From the NCBI RefSeq assembly GCF_964204645.1, contig NC_134025.1:13392001-13456000 (forward strand): a stretch of 64,000 nt of DNA, given 5' to 3'. Below, piece by piece: positions 62,601-64,000 of this stretch; position 1 is the first letter of the stretch; each line of letters begins with the position of its first letter. The position numbers and the translations under genes are program-made. Below the pieces are notes generated by a model. That model made no database searches, was not told the origin of the DNA, and saw only the letters and a list, made by a program, of their open reading frames with translations. The stretch is from Tubulanus polymorphus. Taxonomy: Eukaryota > Animalia > Nemertea.

Positions 62601-64000
62601 GCTCACCGAGGTCTCTATCAATTGGATTATACAGGCGACTAACTAATAAATAAATTGCATCTCGCGAACACGAATCTGCGATCATTGAATAACGTCCGCA
62701 ATACAGGAAAATTCAAGTTATTTTCCTTCAGCGGCCAGTTGTAAGACCAGATTAAGACCATTTTGGCTCTTCATGTATATCGATAATTATTAATCATCTG
62801 AATGATACGAAAAGCTAATTAGCATCATTACATTGAACTAGTGGTACAATGTATACTGCCCAATGTCATGCTTTAAGGGGATTTCTAAGGTTTATCAGTA
62901 CATCAGATGAAATCCGTACTTTCCCAGACAACAGCAACAGAATTGAGAAAATCAAAAACAGATAGCAGTCATCCAAAACTGGATGAGTACAGAATGAAGG
63001 GCGGGTTTTAACTAACCTGTTGGTGAACTTAATTCATATCAAGATATGGATTTAAGTGAGAAGGTTCTCTATAACTGCCCCTGGTCATCTATTTTAGCTT
63101 AACCCTATCTCAAAACAAAACTAACAACATAGTATATCAAAACCTACCGTACAATTTGAAATGTATCCTTGATTCAGTTTTGTAAATGAATCTGAAATTC
63201 AGCCAAACAGTACTGAAGTTTAACCTTCCACCACTTCCCCACTCCCATGACACAAGATGAAAAGTATCCGATGGAGCTTATTAAATGAATGATTTGTGTA
63301 CAGTCATTGTTTGTATTCCTCCTTGAATTGCAGTAAATTATTATGAATCTATCAAACCTTCATTACATATTGCAATGATTCACCCAGAGACAGACACATA
63401 CACAAGGAATGGAATTTCACTGTTTCTGACGCCCACTTGTAAACGTCAATCAATGAATATTGTTTTTGCAGGTAAGATTAACTTACAACCGCCACAGTGG
63501 TATATGCAGATTCATTAGAACAAATTGGGTTCATCAGATTACCAATGCCTCAAGAACGTCAAACAAACTAAACCTGTATTAACTAAAGATTACTAAATTA
63601 GGCAGTTTTTGGGCTGAACTGGACAATCGTCTGCAATATTGAAGATAACATGAGTTCACTGATAATAGACGTGTGGATATTTCATATTCATTTGAGAAGA
63701 TTACCAATCAAATAAAAATCAACTCATAAAAGAACGTTACTACAATTGAAAGAAATAAACCAGGATTTGAATTACAGTTCCGATTCAAAAAAATTATAAA
63801 TCGACTATAGTAGTCTCAGTTATCAGTAGCTCTAATGCTCATCATAAAATCAATAGAAACAAAACCCATTTACCAAGTGAGCGACATCAGAAGTTAATAA
63901 ACAGCCACACTTTATTCGATAATCAAGGCAAGAATACAAGAGAAAAGGCAATTCAAAAGCGATTGCAGTAGGCAAGTACAAGTCAAAAAGAGTTCAGTTC

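Overview
AT-rich eukaryotic genomic DNA with GT-AG introns; the repeat types suggest a marine lophotrochozoan-type invertebrate, but no species can be called. Three host genes are supported: the last four coding exons of a STARD9-like START-domain gene (+, 1-1412), the last seven coding exons of a convergent B3GALNT2-like glycosyltransferase (-, 7455-12022; 5' exons not found), and an intronless class A GPCR (-, 36482-37555). The rest is mainly transposon-derived: a near full-length Penelope-like element (RT + GIY-YIG) with hammerhead-ribozyme pseudo-LTRs, an RTEX-like LINE 3' fragment, PIF/Harbinger, hAT, IS3EU-like, MULE-like and Helentron-type non-autonomous elements, tRNA-like SINE heads and microsatellites. 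The most unusual locus is 38173-41936. There, two unrelated retrotransposons sit tail-to-tail inside three copies of the same 11-bp target site. The Penelope 5' junction also carries a 39-bp copy of the neighbouring GPCR coding sequence, in the loop of a 74-bp inverted repeat that overlaps an intact hammerhead on the GPCR's transcribed strand. All family and gene assignments come from motif recall, not database searches.
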